From the NCBI GenBank assembly GCA_002737365.1, contig NSIL01000005.1, forward strand, positions 54,399 to 118,398: a DNA stretch of 64,000 bases, written 5' to 3'. The position numbers and the translations under genes are program-made. The DNA comes from Acidobacterium sp. Its GTDB lineage: Bacteria; Acidobacteriota; Vicinamibacteria; Vicinamibacterales; UBA2999. This document shows positions 10,399 to 19,082 of the stretch, in pieces; positions within the stretch are counted from its first letter, which is position 1; the number at the start of each line of letters is the position of its first letter. The notes beneath the pieces are model-generated. The model was not told the origin of the DNA. It did no database searches and saw only the letters and a program-made list of their open reading frames with translations.

Positions 10399-12075
10399 GT
10401 GCTCCTCTTCCATCTTACCGGCGTTGTGCTCGCGGTTCTGCTCACGGCTACTGACGTAGCCGCCCAGGTGGCATTGCCGCCACCACCCAACCAGGACCCG
10501 GGCACCTCGTACCTCGTGTTCTTCCGCTCCCAGCCCATCGGCCGTGAAGACGTGACGGTGGTGCGCGAGCCGGATGGCTGGTCGGTCCGCGGCTCAAGCC
10601 GGCTGGGCCCGCCCATCGACATCACCTCGCGCGTTGCCGAGGTCGTGTACGACCTGCAGTGGCGGCCCAAGTCTCTGCTGGTTGACGGCGTCGTTCGCGG
10701 GCAGGACGTCACGCTGAAGACGGCCTTCGACGGCACCAAGGCGAACAATGTGATCTCGGTCCAGGGCGCGCCGCAGTTGAAGGCTGATCTGGTGTCGGCC
10801 GATGCGGTCGTCCTGCCCAATTCGTTTCTGGGTTCGTACGCCGCGCTGACGGTTCGACTGCAGGGGCTCAAGCCTGGCGCGGAGGTCAAGGCGTACGTCG
10901 CGCCACAAGCCGAGGTCACCATCAAGCTCGTCGCCGTCGCCAACGAACGCATCGACACCCCCCGTGGAACCATTGCGGCGACGCGTTACTCCCTGCTGCT
11001 CGTGAATCCACCGCCGGCAGGCGAACTGCCCGTCAACCTGTGGGCCGGGCCCAACGGCGTTTTGCTGCGACTGAGCATCCCCTCGCAGACGCTGGAGATG
11101 GCGCGCGAGGACATTGCCTCAGCCGCCTCGCGCACCGCGGCGTTCTCATTGCCGGGCGACGAAGCGGTGACCATCCCCGCCATTGGCTTCAACCTGGCCG
11201 GCACCATCACCAAGCCGGCGAATGCGAAGGAGCCGCTGCCCGCCCTGATCCTGATTGGCGGTTCGGGTCCGACCGACCGTGATGAAACCGTGGCCGGCAT
11301 CCCAGTGTTTGGCCAACTCGCCCGCGACCTCGTCGCCGCCGGCTTCATCGTGGTGCGCTACGACAAGCGCGGCGTCGGCCAGAGTGGCGGCCGCACCGAG
11401 TCGGTGACGATTGCCGACTATGCCGAGGATGCGCGCTCGGTGGTGCTGTGGCTCGAGAAGCGCAAGGACGTGAACAAGGAGCGCATCGGCCTGGTCGGTC
11501 ACAGCGAAGGCGCGCTGGTGGCCATGCTGACCGCCGGGCGCGAGCGTGGGAGGGTCAGCGCGATCGCGTTGCTCGCCGGACCATCGGCCAACGGCTCGAC
11601 CATCGTACTCGAGCAGCAGAAGCACCTGCTCGATCAGATGAAGATCGACAACGCGCAGCGCGCGGAGAAGGTGGCGCTGCAGGAGAAGATCAACGCCGCG
11701 GTGATGACCGGCCGCGGCTGGCAGGACCTGCCCGAGGCCGCGCGCAAGATCGCCGACACGCCGTGGTTCTACAGCTTCCTCACCTTCGATCCAGCGCGCG
11801 CCATGCGCGACACGCGACAACCGGTGCTGATCGTGCAGGGCGAACTGGACACCCAGGTCAAGCCGTACCATGCTGACCAGCTGTTTGCGTTGGCGAAGGC
11901 GAGAAAGACCGAGGCCCCCGCCGAGGTCGTCAAGGTCCCCGGGGTAAATCACCTGCTGGTGCCGGCCAAGACCGGTGAGGTGACCGAATATGCCCAGCTC
12001 GGGTCCGATGCGAAGGTCGCGCCACAGATCGGCGCAGCCATCGCGGCGTTCATGACCAAGGCGCTCAAGGATTGA
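10399..12075 (+). CDS. secreted alpha/beta hydrolase with N-terminal beta-rich domain
   Basis: Nucleophile elbow GHSEGA, LIGGSGPTDRDE and C-terminal VPGVNHLL (His). Signal-like VLLFHLTGVVLAVLLTATDVAAQ from GTG 10399. The ORF-track 5' extension (9721-10398) is antisense to ygfZ. Confidence 0.65.
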   Translation: MLLFHLTGVVLAVLLTATDVAAQVALPPPPNQDPGTSYLVFFRSQPIGREDVTVVREPDGWSVRGSSRLGPPIDITSRVAEVVYDLQWRPKSLLVDGVVRGQDVTLKTAFDGTKANNVISVQGAPQLKADLVSADAVVLPNSFLGSYAALTVRLQGLKPGAEVKAYVAPQAEVTIKLVAVANERIDTPRGTIAATRYSLLLVNPPPAGELPVNLWAGPNGVLLRLSIPSQTLEMAREDIASAASRTAAFSLPGDEAVTIPAIGFNLAGTITKPANAKEPLPALILIGGSGPTDRDETVAGIPVFGQLARDLVAAGFIVVRYDKRGVGQSGGRTESVTIADYAEDARSVVLWLEKRKDVNKERIGLVGHSEGALVAMLTAGRERGRVSAIALLAGPSANGSTIVLEQQKHLLDQMKIDNAQRAEKVALQEKINAAVMTGRGWQDLPEAARKIADTPWFYSFLTFDPARAMRDTRQPVLIVQGELDTQVKPYHADQLFALAKARKTEAPAEVVKVPGVNHLLVPAKTGEVTEYAQLGSDAKVAPQIGAAIAAFMTKALKD

Positions 12076-13325
12076 CCGGTTCCAGCGCGCTGTTGATCCG
12101 CGTGACCGGTCACGACCGGCCCGGCTTGACTCATGCCCTCACCACGATTCTCGCGGCCTACGACGTCCGTGTGCTCGACATTGGCCAGGCGGTCATCCAC
12201 GACGGCCTGGCGTTCGGCATTCTGATCGAGTTGCGCGAGGAGTTGCGATCGTCGGCGCTGCTGACCGATCTGCTGCTCGAGTCGCATCGTCTCGGCGTCG
12301 AGGTGAAGTTTTCAGCCTCGACGTCAGAGGAGTACGCCTCGTGGGTGAAAGCGCAGGCCCGGCGGCGGTTCATCATCACGTTACTGGGCCCCTCGATCGG
12401 CGCCTCGCACATCGCGCAAGTGTCGGGGATTCTGGCGGCGGCCGGCCTCAACATCGATCGCATCGACCGCTTGTCGTCGCGCGTGCCACTAACGGTCGAT
12501 AACGACGTGGGGACTAACCTTCAGGTTTGTCCCCGTTTCTGCGTCGAGTTCACGGCGACCGCGCTGACGGCCGGCACCGTGGTGGACGAAGACACGGTAC
12601 GCACCGGCCTGGCGACGCTGACGCAGGCCGGCGATGTCGACGTGGCGTTCCAGCACGACTCGATTTTCAGGCGCAATCGCCGGCTGGTGGCGTTCGACAT
12701 GGACTCGACGCTGATCCAGGGTGAAGTGATCGACGAGCTGGCGGCGTTAGCCGGGGTCGGCGAACAGGTCCGCGAGATCACCGAAGCCGCTATGCGCGGC
12801 GAGTTGGACTTCCAGGACTCGTTCCGCCGCCGCGTCGGCCTGTTGAAAGGACTGCCGGATTCGGCACTGCAGCAGGTGACCGAGCGCATGGCGTTGACCG
12901 ACGGCGCCGAGCGCCTGGTCGGTACGCTGCGGCGACTCGGCTACAAGACCGCCATCTTGTCGGGCGGCTTCACGTTCTTCGGCAGCGTGCTGCAGCAGCG
13001 GCTGGGCATCGACCACCTGCACGCCAACACACTGGATGTTCGCGACGGCGTGGTGACCGGCGAGGTGTTGCCGCCGATCGTTGATGGTGCCCGCAAGGCC
13101 GAGCTGCTGCAGGTGATTGCCGCCCGCGAAGGACTGAGCCTGGAACAGTGCATTGCCGTTGGCGACGGTGCCAACGACTTGCCGATGCTGAGACTGGCGG
13201 GTCTGGGCATCGCGTTCCGCGCTAAGCCCCTGGTTCGCTCGAGTGCGAACCAGTCGATTTCCGCGATGGGCCTCGACGGAATTCTTTACCTGATCGGCGT
13301 CCGCGACCGTGACATCGGGGTCTAA
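12072..13325 (+). CDS. serB: phosphoserine phosphatase with N-terminal ACT domains
   Basis: 417 aa. ACT-like LIRVTGHDRPGLTHALT. HAD motifs FDMDSTL and GDGANDLPML. Confidence 0.8.
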   Translation: MTGSSALLIRVTGHDRPGLTHALTTILAAYDVRVLDIGQAVIHDGLAFGILIELREELRSSALLTDLLLESHRLGVEVKFSASTSEEYASWVKAQARRRFIITLLGPSIGASHIAQVSGILAAAGLNIDRIDRLSSRVPLTVDNDVGTNLQVCPRFCVEFTATALTAGTVVDEDTVRTGLATLTQAGDVDVAFQHDSIFRRNRRLVAFDMDSTLIQGEVIDELAALAGVGEQVREITEAAMRGELDFQDSFRRRVGLLKGLPDSALQQVTERMALTDGAERLVGTLRRLGYKTAILSGGFTFFGSVLQQRLGIDHLHANTLDVRDGVVTGEVLPPIVDGARKAELLQVIAAREGLSLEQCIAVGDGANDLPMLRLAGLGIAFRAKPLVRSSANQSISAMGLDGILYLIGVRDRDIGV

Positions 13326-15988
13326 GTGGTTCGAGTCCACAGCTCGCTCACCCGCTCGCGCAGCCGCGTCGTCGAGTCAGCGTAGTTCTCGCCTTCGGCA
13401 AACGTCATCTGCTCACCAAACTCGATGGTGATGCGATGGCCGCTCCACGGCAGCATCAGCTGCCAGTTGAACGGGCGGTTGCGCGGCCACAGCTCGTGGA
13501 TGCCCTTGATGGCCACCGGCACAATCGGCACATGCAGGTGCTGCGCCAGGATCGGCGCGCCTTTCTTGAATTTCTTCACCGTGCCGTCCATGGAGCGCTC
13601 CCCTTCCGGGAACAGGACGAGCACTCTGCCGTGTGTGAGACCGAACGCGCCGGCCTGCATGGCGGGCACCAGGTTCGAGTCGGCGTCCACGGGCACCAGG
13701 TTGACCGTGCGCGCTACCCACCGCGTGAAGGGCGTTTCGAAGTACTCGACCGCGCCCACATAAAACAGCTCGCGCCAGACGCGGTACGGTAGCAGGCTAC
13801 TGACGAACAGCGGATCCAGGTAGCTCTGATGGTTCGGGCTGATGATGAATGCGCCGTCCTTAGGCAGCTTGTCGAGACCGGTCACCCGGACTCGCCCCAG
13901 CGCCAGGCGCACGAGCTTCGACAGGACGAACAAGAGGGGTGTCGCGAACGGCCGCCGTTCCAGCAGGCCGCCCAACACAGGATCCGCCACCGTTGGCAGA
14001 TCGCGCAACAGGACCGCCCAGCTCTCGTCGGCGACCGACAAACCTGAAGGTTTGTCGTCGCCACTGCCAGGCCGCACGGCCTCCACCAGTTGCTGCACGG
14101 TGAAGATCTCGAAGGCCGCCGCCCTCGGCACCTTGACGCTGAACCGCTGCTCCAGCTCGGTCAGCAGCTCCACGCGCTCCATCGAGTCGAGGCCGAGGTC
14201 CAGCTCGAGATTCGCATCGGGCCGCACGCGGATGCCCTGGCGCAGGCGCGCCTGGATGACGCCCGCCGCGATCGACACGTGTGCCTCGTCCAGCCACGAC
14301 AGGTGCGACGGCGACAGTGGCGCCGCGAGGTTGCTCGCCGCCGCCTGTTTCTCGCCGACGCGGCGTGCCACTTCGTGACGCTTGATCTTCTGGGTGGTCG
14401 TCCGCGGCAGCGGCTCGAACCAGATGTCGTAGCCGAGCACACGCTTATGGGCCGGCAAGCCGACCGCCAGCCCCTCGATCTCGAACCGCAGGATGTCGCC
14501 GGCGTTGACGATCTTCCGCTCGCGCATCAGATCCATGTTGGGCACGACGACCGCGAACAACCGCTCGGTGCTGGGGCGGCCGGGCTCGGCCAATCCCATC
14601 ACGCAAATCTCTTTCACGTACGGTGTCTGCCGGTAGTGCGCCTCGATTTCTTCGGGATAGATGTTCTTGCCCGACGCGAGCACGATCATCTCTTTCTTGC
14701 GGCCGGTGATCTGCAGCCGGCCTTCGGCGTCCATGCGGCCGAGGTCGCCGGTCAGGAACCAGCCGTCCTGCATCACCTGCGCGGTGACATCGGGGCGGTT
14801 GTAGTAGCCCGCCATCACGATCGGGCCGCGAACCGCGATCTCGCCATCCTGCGCACCCGGCTCTGGCGGCAGGATCCTGATCGCCACGCCGGGCAAGGGC
14901 TTGCCCACCGTATCGATGTGCGCCTCGTCAGGCGTGTTGATGCTGGCACACGCGCTCGTCTCGGTCAGGCCATACGCCTGCAGAATGGTGAAGCCCAGCG
15001 AGTACAGATCGCGGCCGATCGCCGGATCGAACTTGGAGCCGCCGGTCACGAGCAGCCGCATCTTGCGGCCCATCACGTCGTGCACCTTGCCGAACATCAG
15101 CGGACCGATGTTCAGACCCATGCGCCGCAGGCGGAAGTTGAGGCCCAGCAGGGTCTTGAACATCAGCCGCGTGATCAGGCTCGACTTCTGCACCTGCTGG
15201 AACACCCGCTGGTGGATCAGATAGAAGAACTGCGGCACGCAGCAGAAGATCGTGATCTGCCGCTCCTTGAGCGCGCGGACCAGATCGGTCGAGTTGACCG
15301 TCTCCAGGTAGACGACGCGGGCGCCGGCGGCGAACGGCAGCAGCAGGTTGGCGACCTGCGCCAGTGAGTGGAACAGCGGCAACACGCCAAGCAGCGCGTC
15401 CTGATCGGTGACCGTCACCACACTGAAAGCCGCGTCGCGCTCGGCGAGCAGGTTGGCGTGCGTCAGCACCACGCCTTTCGGATCCGACGTCGTACCCGAC
15501 GTATACAGGATCACGGCGGGTGCATCAGGTGCGTCAGGTGCCGCGAGTGCGAGGGCGCCGGTGCCGGGGGTGGCGTGCACGTCGACGATGTCGATCAGCC
15601 CGTCAACCAGGCCGCTGTCGAGCGCCTCGGCGGCGATTGGGCGCAGCCGTTCGCTGACAAACAGCAGTCGCGACCCGGAGTCATTGATGATGGTGGCGAC
15701 CTGTTTCGCCGAGTAGTTGGTGTCCAGTGGGACGGCGATTGCGCCGGCGCGAACAATCCCCAGGTAGACCGCGCACCAGTGCGCGTCGTTGTGCGCGAGG
15801 ATAGCGCAGCGATCGCCCGGCTTCACCCCATTCGTCGCCAGCCACGCGCCGTGCGCCACTGCCAGCTCGTAGAGTTGTTGGTAGGTGAACCGATCGACGC
15901 GATCGGGTCGTTGCACCTCGATGGCGACGCGCTTGCCGAAGCGCGCGACGGTGCGTTCGAAGACCGACCAGACAGTTTGGGGGGCCAC
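13322..15988 (-). CDS. tri-domain fatty acid adenylase/ligase - acyl carrier domain - PlsC-type acyltransferase
   Basis: AMP-binding motifs ILYTSGTTSDPKG, AYGLTETS, TGDLGRMDAEGRLQITGRKKE, TTTQKIKR. Carrier motif LDLGLDSMERVEL. Acyltransferase HX4D (NHQSYLD) and FPEGERS. Start set at GTG 15988 (TAGAAT plus 7 nt upstream). The ORF track extends to 16039. Confidence 0.8.
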   Translation of the reverse strand: MAPQTVWSVFERTVARFGKRVAIEVQRPDRVDRFTYQQLYELAVAHGAWLATNGVKPGDRCAILAHNDAHWCAVYLGIVRAGAIAVPLDTNYSAKQVATIINDSGSRLLFVSERLRPIAAEALDSGLVDGLIDIVDVHATPGTGALALAAPDAPDAPAVILYTSGTTSDPKGVVLTHANLLAERDAAFSVVTVTDQDALLGVLPLFHSLAQVANLLLPFAAGARVVYLETVNSTDLVRALKERQITIFCCVPQFFYLIHQRVFQQVQKSSLITRLMFKTLLGLNFRLRRMGLNIGPLMFGKVHDVMGRKMRLLVTGGSKFDPAIGRDLYSLGFTILQAYGLTETSACASINTPDEAHIDTVGKPLPGVAIRILPPEPGAQDGEIAVRGPIVMAGYYNRPDVTAQVMQDGWFLTGDLGRMDAEGRLQITGRKKEMIVLASGKNIYPEEIEAHYRQTPYVKEICVMGLAEPGRPSTERLFAVVVPNMDLMRERKIVNAGDILRFEIEGLAVGLPAHKRVLGYDIWFEPLPRTTTQKIKRHEVARRVGEKQAAASNLAAPLSPSHLSWLDEAHVSIAAGVIQARLRQGIRVRPDANLELDLGLDSMERVELLTELEQRFSVKVPRAAAFEIFTVQQLVEAVRPGSGDDKPSGLSVADESWAVLLRDLPTVADPVLGGLLERRPFATPLLFVLSKLVRLALGRVRVTGLDKLPKDGAFIISPNHQSYLDPLFVSSLLPYRVWRELFYVGAVEYFETPFTRWVARTVNLVPVDADSNLVPAMQAGAFGLTHGRVLVLFPEGERSMDGTVKKFKKGAPILAQHLHVPIVPVAIKGIHELWPRNRPFNWQLMLPWSGHRITIEFGEQMTFAEGENYADSTTRLRERVSELWTRTT

Positions 15989-15995
15989 GGGTTCG

Positions 15996-16018
15996 ATTCT
16001 AACTCCACCGGATATGAT
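15996..16018. promoter_or_regulatory. back-to-back -10 boxes: TAGAAT (minus, 16001-15996) and TATGAT (plus, 16013-16018)
   Basis: TAGAAT plus 7 nt to GTG 15988 of the tri-domain acyltransferase gene. TATGAT precedes the ATGs at 16021 and 16030 of the Gfo/Idh/MocA gene. Confidence 0.4.
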
Positions 16019-16020
16019 GG

Positions 16021-17028
16021 ATGACGCCGATGTCAGCACCCCTCCGCATCGCCTTCCTGGGCTGCGGCTTTATCACCCGCGTGCACAGCCGCAACCTGCG
16101 GCGCTTCAGGAACGAAATCGTCTGTGGCTACGCCAGCCGCGACCAGGTCAAGGCCAGCGAGTTTTGCGGCAAGTATCGCGGCACCGGTAGCTACGGCGAC
16201 TACGCCGCCGCCATCGCCGACCCCAACATCGACGCGGTGGTCATCGCGGTGCCGCCCGCCTTTCACCTGAACCTCACGCTGCAGGCGCTCGCCGCCGGCA
16301 AGCATGTGCTGGTCGAGAAGCCGGCGTTTCCGACGATGGGCGACTACGAAGTGGTGAGGGCGGCCCGCGACCGCGCCGGCCGGGTGGTGTTGATTGGCGA
16401 GAACGATCACTACAAGCCGCTGGCGATCAAGCTCCGTCAGCTCCTCGCCGAGGGCGTGATCGGCGACATGGTCTTCGGCCACTTCAGCAGCATCGTCAAG
16501 CGCCTGAAAACCGCGGACGACTGGCGCAACGACGAATCGATGGCCGGTGGTGATGCGTTCTTTGAAGAAGGCATCCACTGGCTGCACCTCGCCGGGTGTC
16601 TCGGGCCGAAGATCACCAGCATCACCGGGTTTCAGCCGACCGCATCGCCTGAGGGCCCTGACCGCCGCACCAAGAGCATGATGGTGGCGTTTCGCTATGA
16701 CAACGGTGCCGTCGGTTCGCTGTATTACTCGCGCGAGATTCCGTCGCTGCTGAAAGGCCTGCGGCTGTCGAAGCTGTTCGGCCGTAAAGGTGTGATCACT
16801 TTTGAATCGAACGGCGTTGTGCTGCTGGCCCGCGGCCAGGGCTTGCCGCGCCTCATCTTCCCCGGCTTCCGCGACATGCGCGGCTACCAGGCGATGTATC
16901 GCGACTTCCGCCAGTCGATTGTCAACGGTACCGTTCCCGAGATGAGCCTCGAGCGCGCCATGGAAGACCAACGCTTGATGGATCAAATCTACGGATCCCA
17001 GACCCCGGACCCCGGACCCCGGCAGTGA
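16021..17028 (+). CDS. Gfo/Idh/MocA family NAD(P)-dependent oxidoreductase
   Basis: 335 aa. N-terminal Rossmann LRIAFLGCGFITRVH and EKP motif (HVLVEKPAF). An in-frame ATG at 16030 is an equally plausible start. Confidence 0.75.
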   Translation: MTPMSAPLRIAFLGCGFITRVHSRNLRRFRNEIVCGYASRDQVKASEFCGKYRGTGSYGDYAAAIADPNIDAVVIAVPPAFHLNLTLQALAAGKHVLVEKPAFPTMGDYEVVRAARDRAGRVVLIGENDHYKPLAIKLRQLLAEGVIGDMVFGHFSSIVKRLKTADDWRNDESMAGGDAFFEEGIHWLHLAGCLGPKITSITGFQPTASPEGPDRRTKSMMVAFRYDNGAVGSLYYSREIPSLLKGLRLSKLFGRKGVITFESNGVVLLARGQGLPRLIFPGFRDMRGYQAMYRDFRQSIVNGTVPEMSLERAMEDQRLMDQIYGSQTPDPGPRQ

Positions 17029-18518
17029 ACACCTCCTTCGACATCATCATCGTCGGGAGTGGCGCGGGCGGCGGCACCATGGCGCGCGCCCTGGCTGACA
17101 CCGGCGCGAAGATTCTCGTCATCGAGCGCGGCGACTTCATTCCGCAAGAGGACCAGAACTGGAGCGCCGAGGCGGTGTGGAAGCAGTTGCGCTACCGCAC
17201 CACCGAGACGTGGCGCGACGAGGGCGGCATCCCATTCCGGCCGTACACCCATTACTGCGTCGGTGGTAATACCAAGTTCTGGGGCACGGTGATGTATCGC
17301 CTGCGTCCAGAAGACTTCGGAGTCGTCCAGCACGAGGACGGCGTCTCGCCGGCGTGGCCGATCGACTACGCGACGCTGGCGCCGTACTACGATCGCGCGG
17401 AACAGTTGTACGGCGTCCACGGTGAGGCGGGTGTCGATCCGACCGAGGGGCCGCGGGGACCGTATCCGTATCCACCCGTGCCACACGCGCGCGTGGTGAG
17501 CGAGATCGTCACGCGGCTGACACAGCAGGGCTTGCATCCGTCGGCGTTGCCGCTCGGCCTGCAGCCCAGCTGCATCCTGTGCAACACCTGCAATTCGTTC
17601 CCGTGCAAGATTCACGCGAAGAGCGACGCCGAGGTGTGTGGCATCGGCCCGGCGACCAAGCAAGCGAACGTGACGCTGTGGACCAACGCCAGGGCCCACC
17701 GCCTGTTCACCGACGCGAGCGGCAAGCGGATTGAATCGGTTGAAGTCGAGCGGGCCGGACAAATGACGCGCGTCTCGGCACCGCTCGTGATTGTGTCGTG
17801 CGGTGCCGTGAATTCAGCGGCGCTGCTGCTGCGGTCGGCCAACGACCAGCATCCCGGCGGCCTCGCCAACTCGTCGGGCCTGGTCGGCAAGCGCTACATG
17901 GCGCACCTGGCGACCATGATGCAGGGCTTTCATCCCTTCCGCGTCAACGACACGGTGTTCCAGAAGACGGTCGCCATCAACGACTTCTACTTCAAGGGCC
18001 CGCACAGTCCGTTCCCGCTGGGACAAATCCAGTCCCAGGGCCGCACGCACGGCGTGATGGCGCAAACGGTGGCACCGATGTTCCCGGTGCGGGCCTTCGA
18101 AGCGTGGTCGGCTCGCGGCGTGGACTGGTTGGCGATGACCGAAGACCTGCCGCGGGTCGAGAATCGTGTCACGGTCGAGGCCAACGGCGGCATCCGCCTG
18201 CACTACCAGCCGAACAACTTGCGCGCGCACAAACGACTGGTCCGCGAGACCAGGTGCATGCTCCGCAAGCTCGGCTTCTGGATGGTCGTCACCCACTCCC
18301 ACAAGTCCAAGAACACCACGCACCAGTGCGGCACGCTGGTGTTTGGCACTGATCCGCGCAAGTCGGTGCTCGACACCTATTGCCGCACCCACGACATCGA
18401 GAACCTGTTGGTGGTTGACGCGTCGTTCTTCCCGTCATCGGCGGCGGTCAACCCGGGCCTGACCATCGTGGCACAGGCGCTCAGAGTGGCCGACCACATC
18501 AAGTCAACACGCGCGTAG
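17025..18518 (+). CDS. GMC family FAD oxidoreductase
   Basis: 497 aa. DIIIVGSGAGGGTMA and C-terminal HQCGT...VVDASFFPSS typical of GMC enzymes. ATGA-type overlap with the upstream gene. Confidence 0.75.
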   Translation: MNTSFDIIIVGSGAGGGTMARALADTGAKILVIERGDFIPQEDQNWSAEAVWKQLRYRTTETWRDEGGIPFRPYTHYCVGGNTKFWGTVMYRLRPEDFGVVQHEDGVSPAWPIDYATLAPYYDRAEQLYGVHGEAGVDPTEGPRGPYPYPPVPHARVVSEIVTRLTQQGLHPSALPLGLQPSCILCNTCNSFPCKIHAKSDAEVCGIGPATKQANVTLWTNARAHRLFTDASGKRIESVEVERAGQMTRVSAPLVIVSCGAVNSAALLLRSANDQHPGGLANSSGLVGKRYMAHLATMMQGFHPFRVNDTVFQKTVAINDFYFKGPHSPFPLGQIQSQGRTHGVMAQTVAPMFPVRAFEAWSARGVDWLAMTEDLPRVENRVTVEANGGIRLHYQPNNLRAHKRLVRETRCMLRKLGFWMVVTHSHKSKNTTHQCGTLVFGTDPRKSVLDTYCRTHDIENLLVVDASFFPSSAAVNPGLTIVAQALRVADHIKSTRA

Positions 18519-19052
18519 CCGGGCGACACCATCCTGGTGCACGCCGGCACCTACGCGTATCGCTACGAGCTCTACGCTAATTAGACCACCGTCAATGCGA
18601 CGACGACGTTCGCAGGCACCTACACTTCACAGCGGATGGGACGCCAGAGAAGCCAATCGTGGTCAAGGGCGCGGGCGATGGCGAGGTGATTCTCGACGGC
18701 CGCGGCAACTTCAACCTGGTCAACGTCAAGGTTGCCGACTACAACTACTTCGAGGACGTCACGTTCAGGAACACCGACATCGCGAAGCACCTCACGGGAT
18801 GGACCGGCGCGTTCTGGGAGTAGTTCAACGGGGTCGAGGGGGAGGAGTATCCGCCGATCATGAAGTCCTACACCGCCATCCGCCTCTACGAGCCCGGCTA
18901 CGTCGTTACTCACAACTACGTGGCTGACTTTCACGACGGCATCGACACCGAGATGTGTGCCGAACATCAACGACGGCTTCGCCGGCAAGGCGCCAGACCT
19001 CGGCGCCTTCGAAGCCGGACAGCTGTTGCCGATTTACGGGCCGAGGCGTTAA
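18519..19052 (+). pseudogene. decayed right-handed beta-helix (pectate-lyase-fold) protein gene remnant
   Basis: Fragment 1: PGDTILVHAGTYAYRYELYAN*, stop at 18582-18584. Fragment 2, second frame: FTADGTPEKPIVVKGAGDGEVILDGRGNFNLVNVKVADYNYFEDVTFRNTDI...*. Fragment 3, continuing the frame of fragment 2 after its in-frame stop: ...[25 protein letters not shown]. Fragment 4, further shifted frame: [30 protein letters not shown]. No start codon or signal peptide, and far too short for the family. Confidence 0.6.
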
Positions 19053-19082
19053 CGGCCGCAGATTTGACGCCGATTCACATTT

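Noticed and set aside
13326-13345. tRNA T-arm-like sequence GGTTCGAGTCCAC, a possible tRNA fragment or integration att site
   Set aside because: No matching acceptor, D or anticodon arms lie upstream. The sequence encodes the C-terminus (ELWTRTT*) of the acyltransferase gene, and no integrase or direct repeat is nearby. A similar GGTTCGATTC at 15990-15999 is likewise within a promoter/5' region and has no tRNA context.
14090-15367. 425-aa plus-strand ORF
   Set aside because: It is antisense to the adenylation domain of the tri-domain acyltransferase gene. It is Arg/His/Asp/Leu-rich with no motifs.
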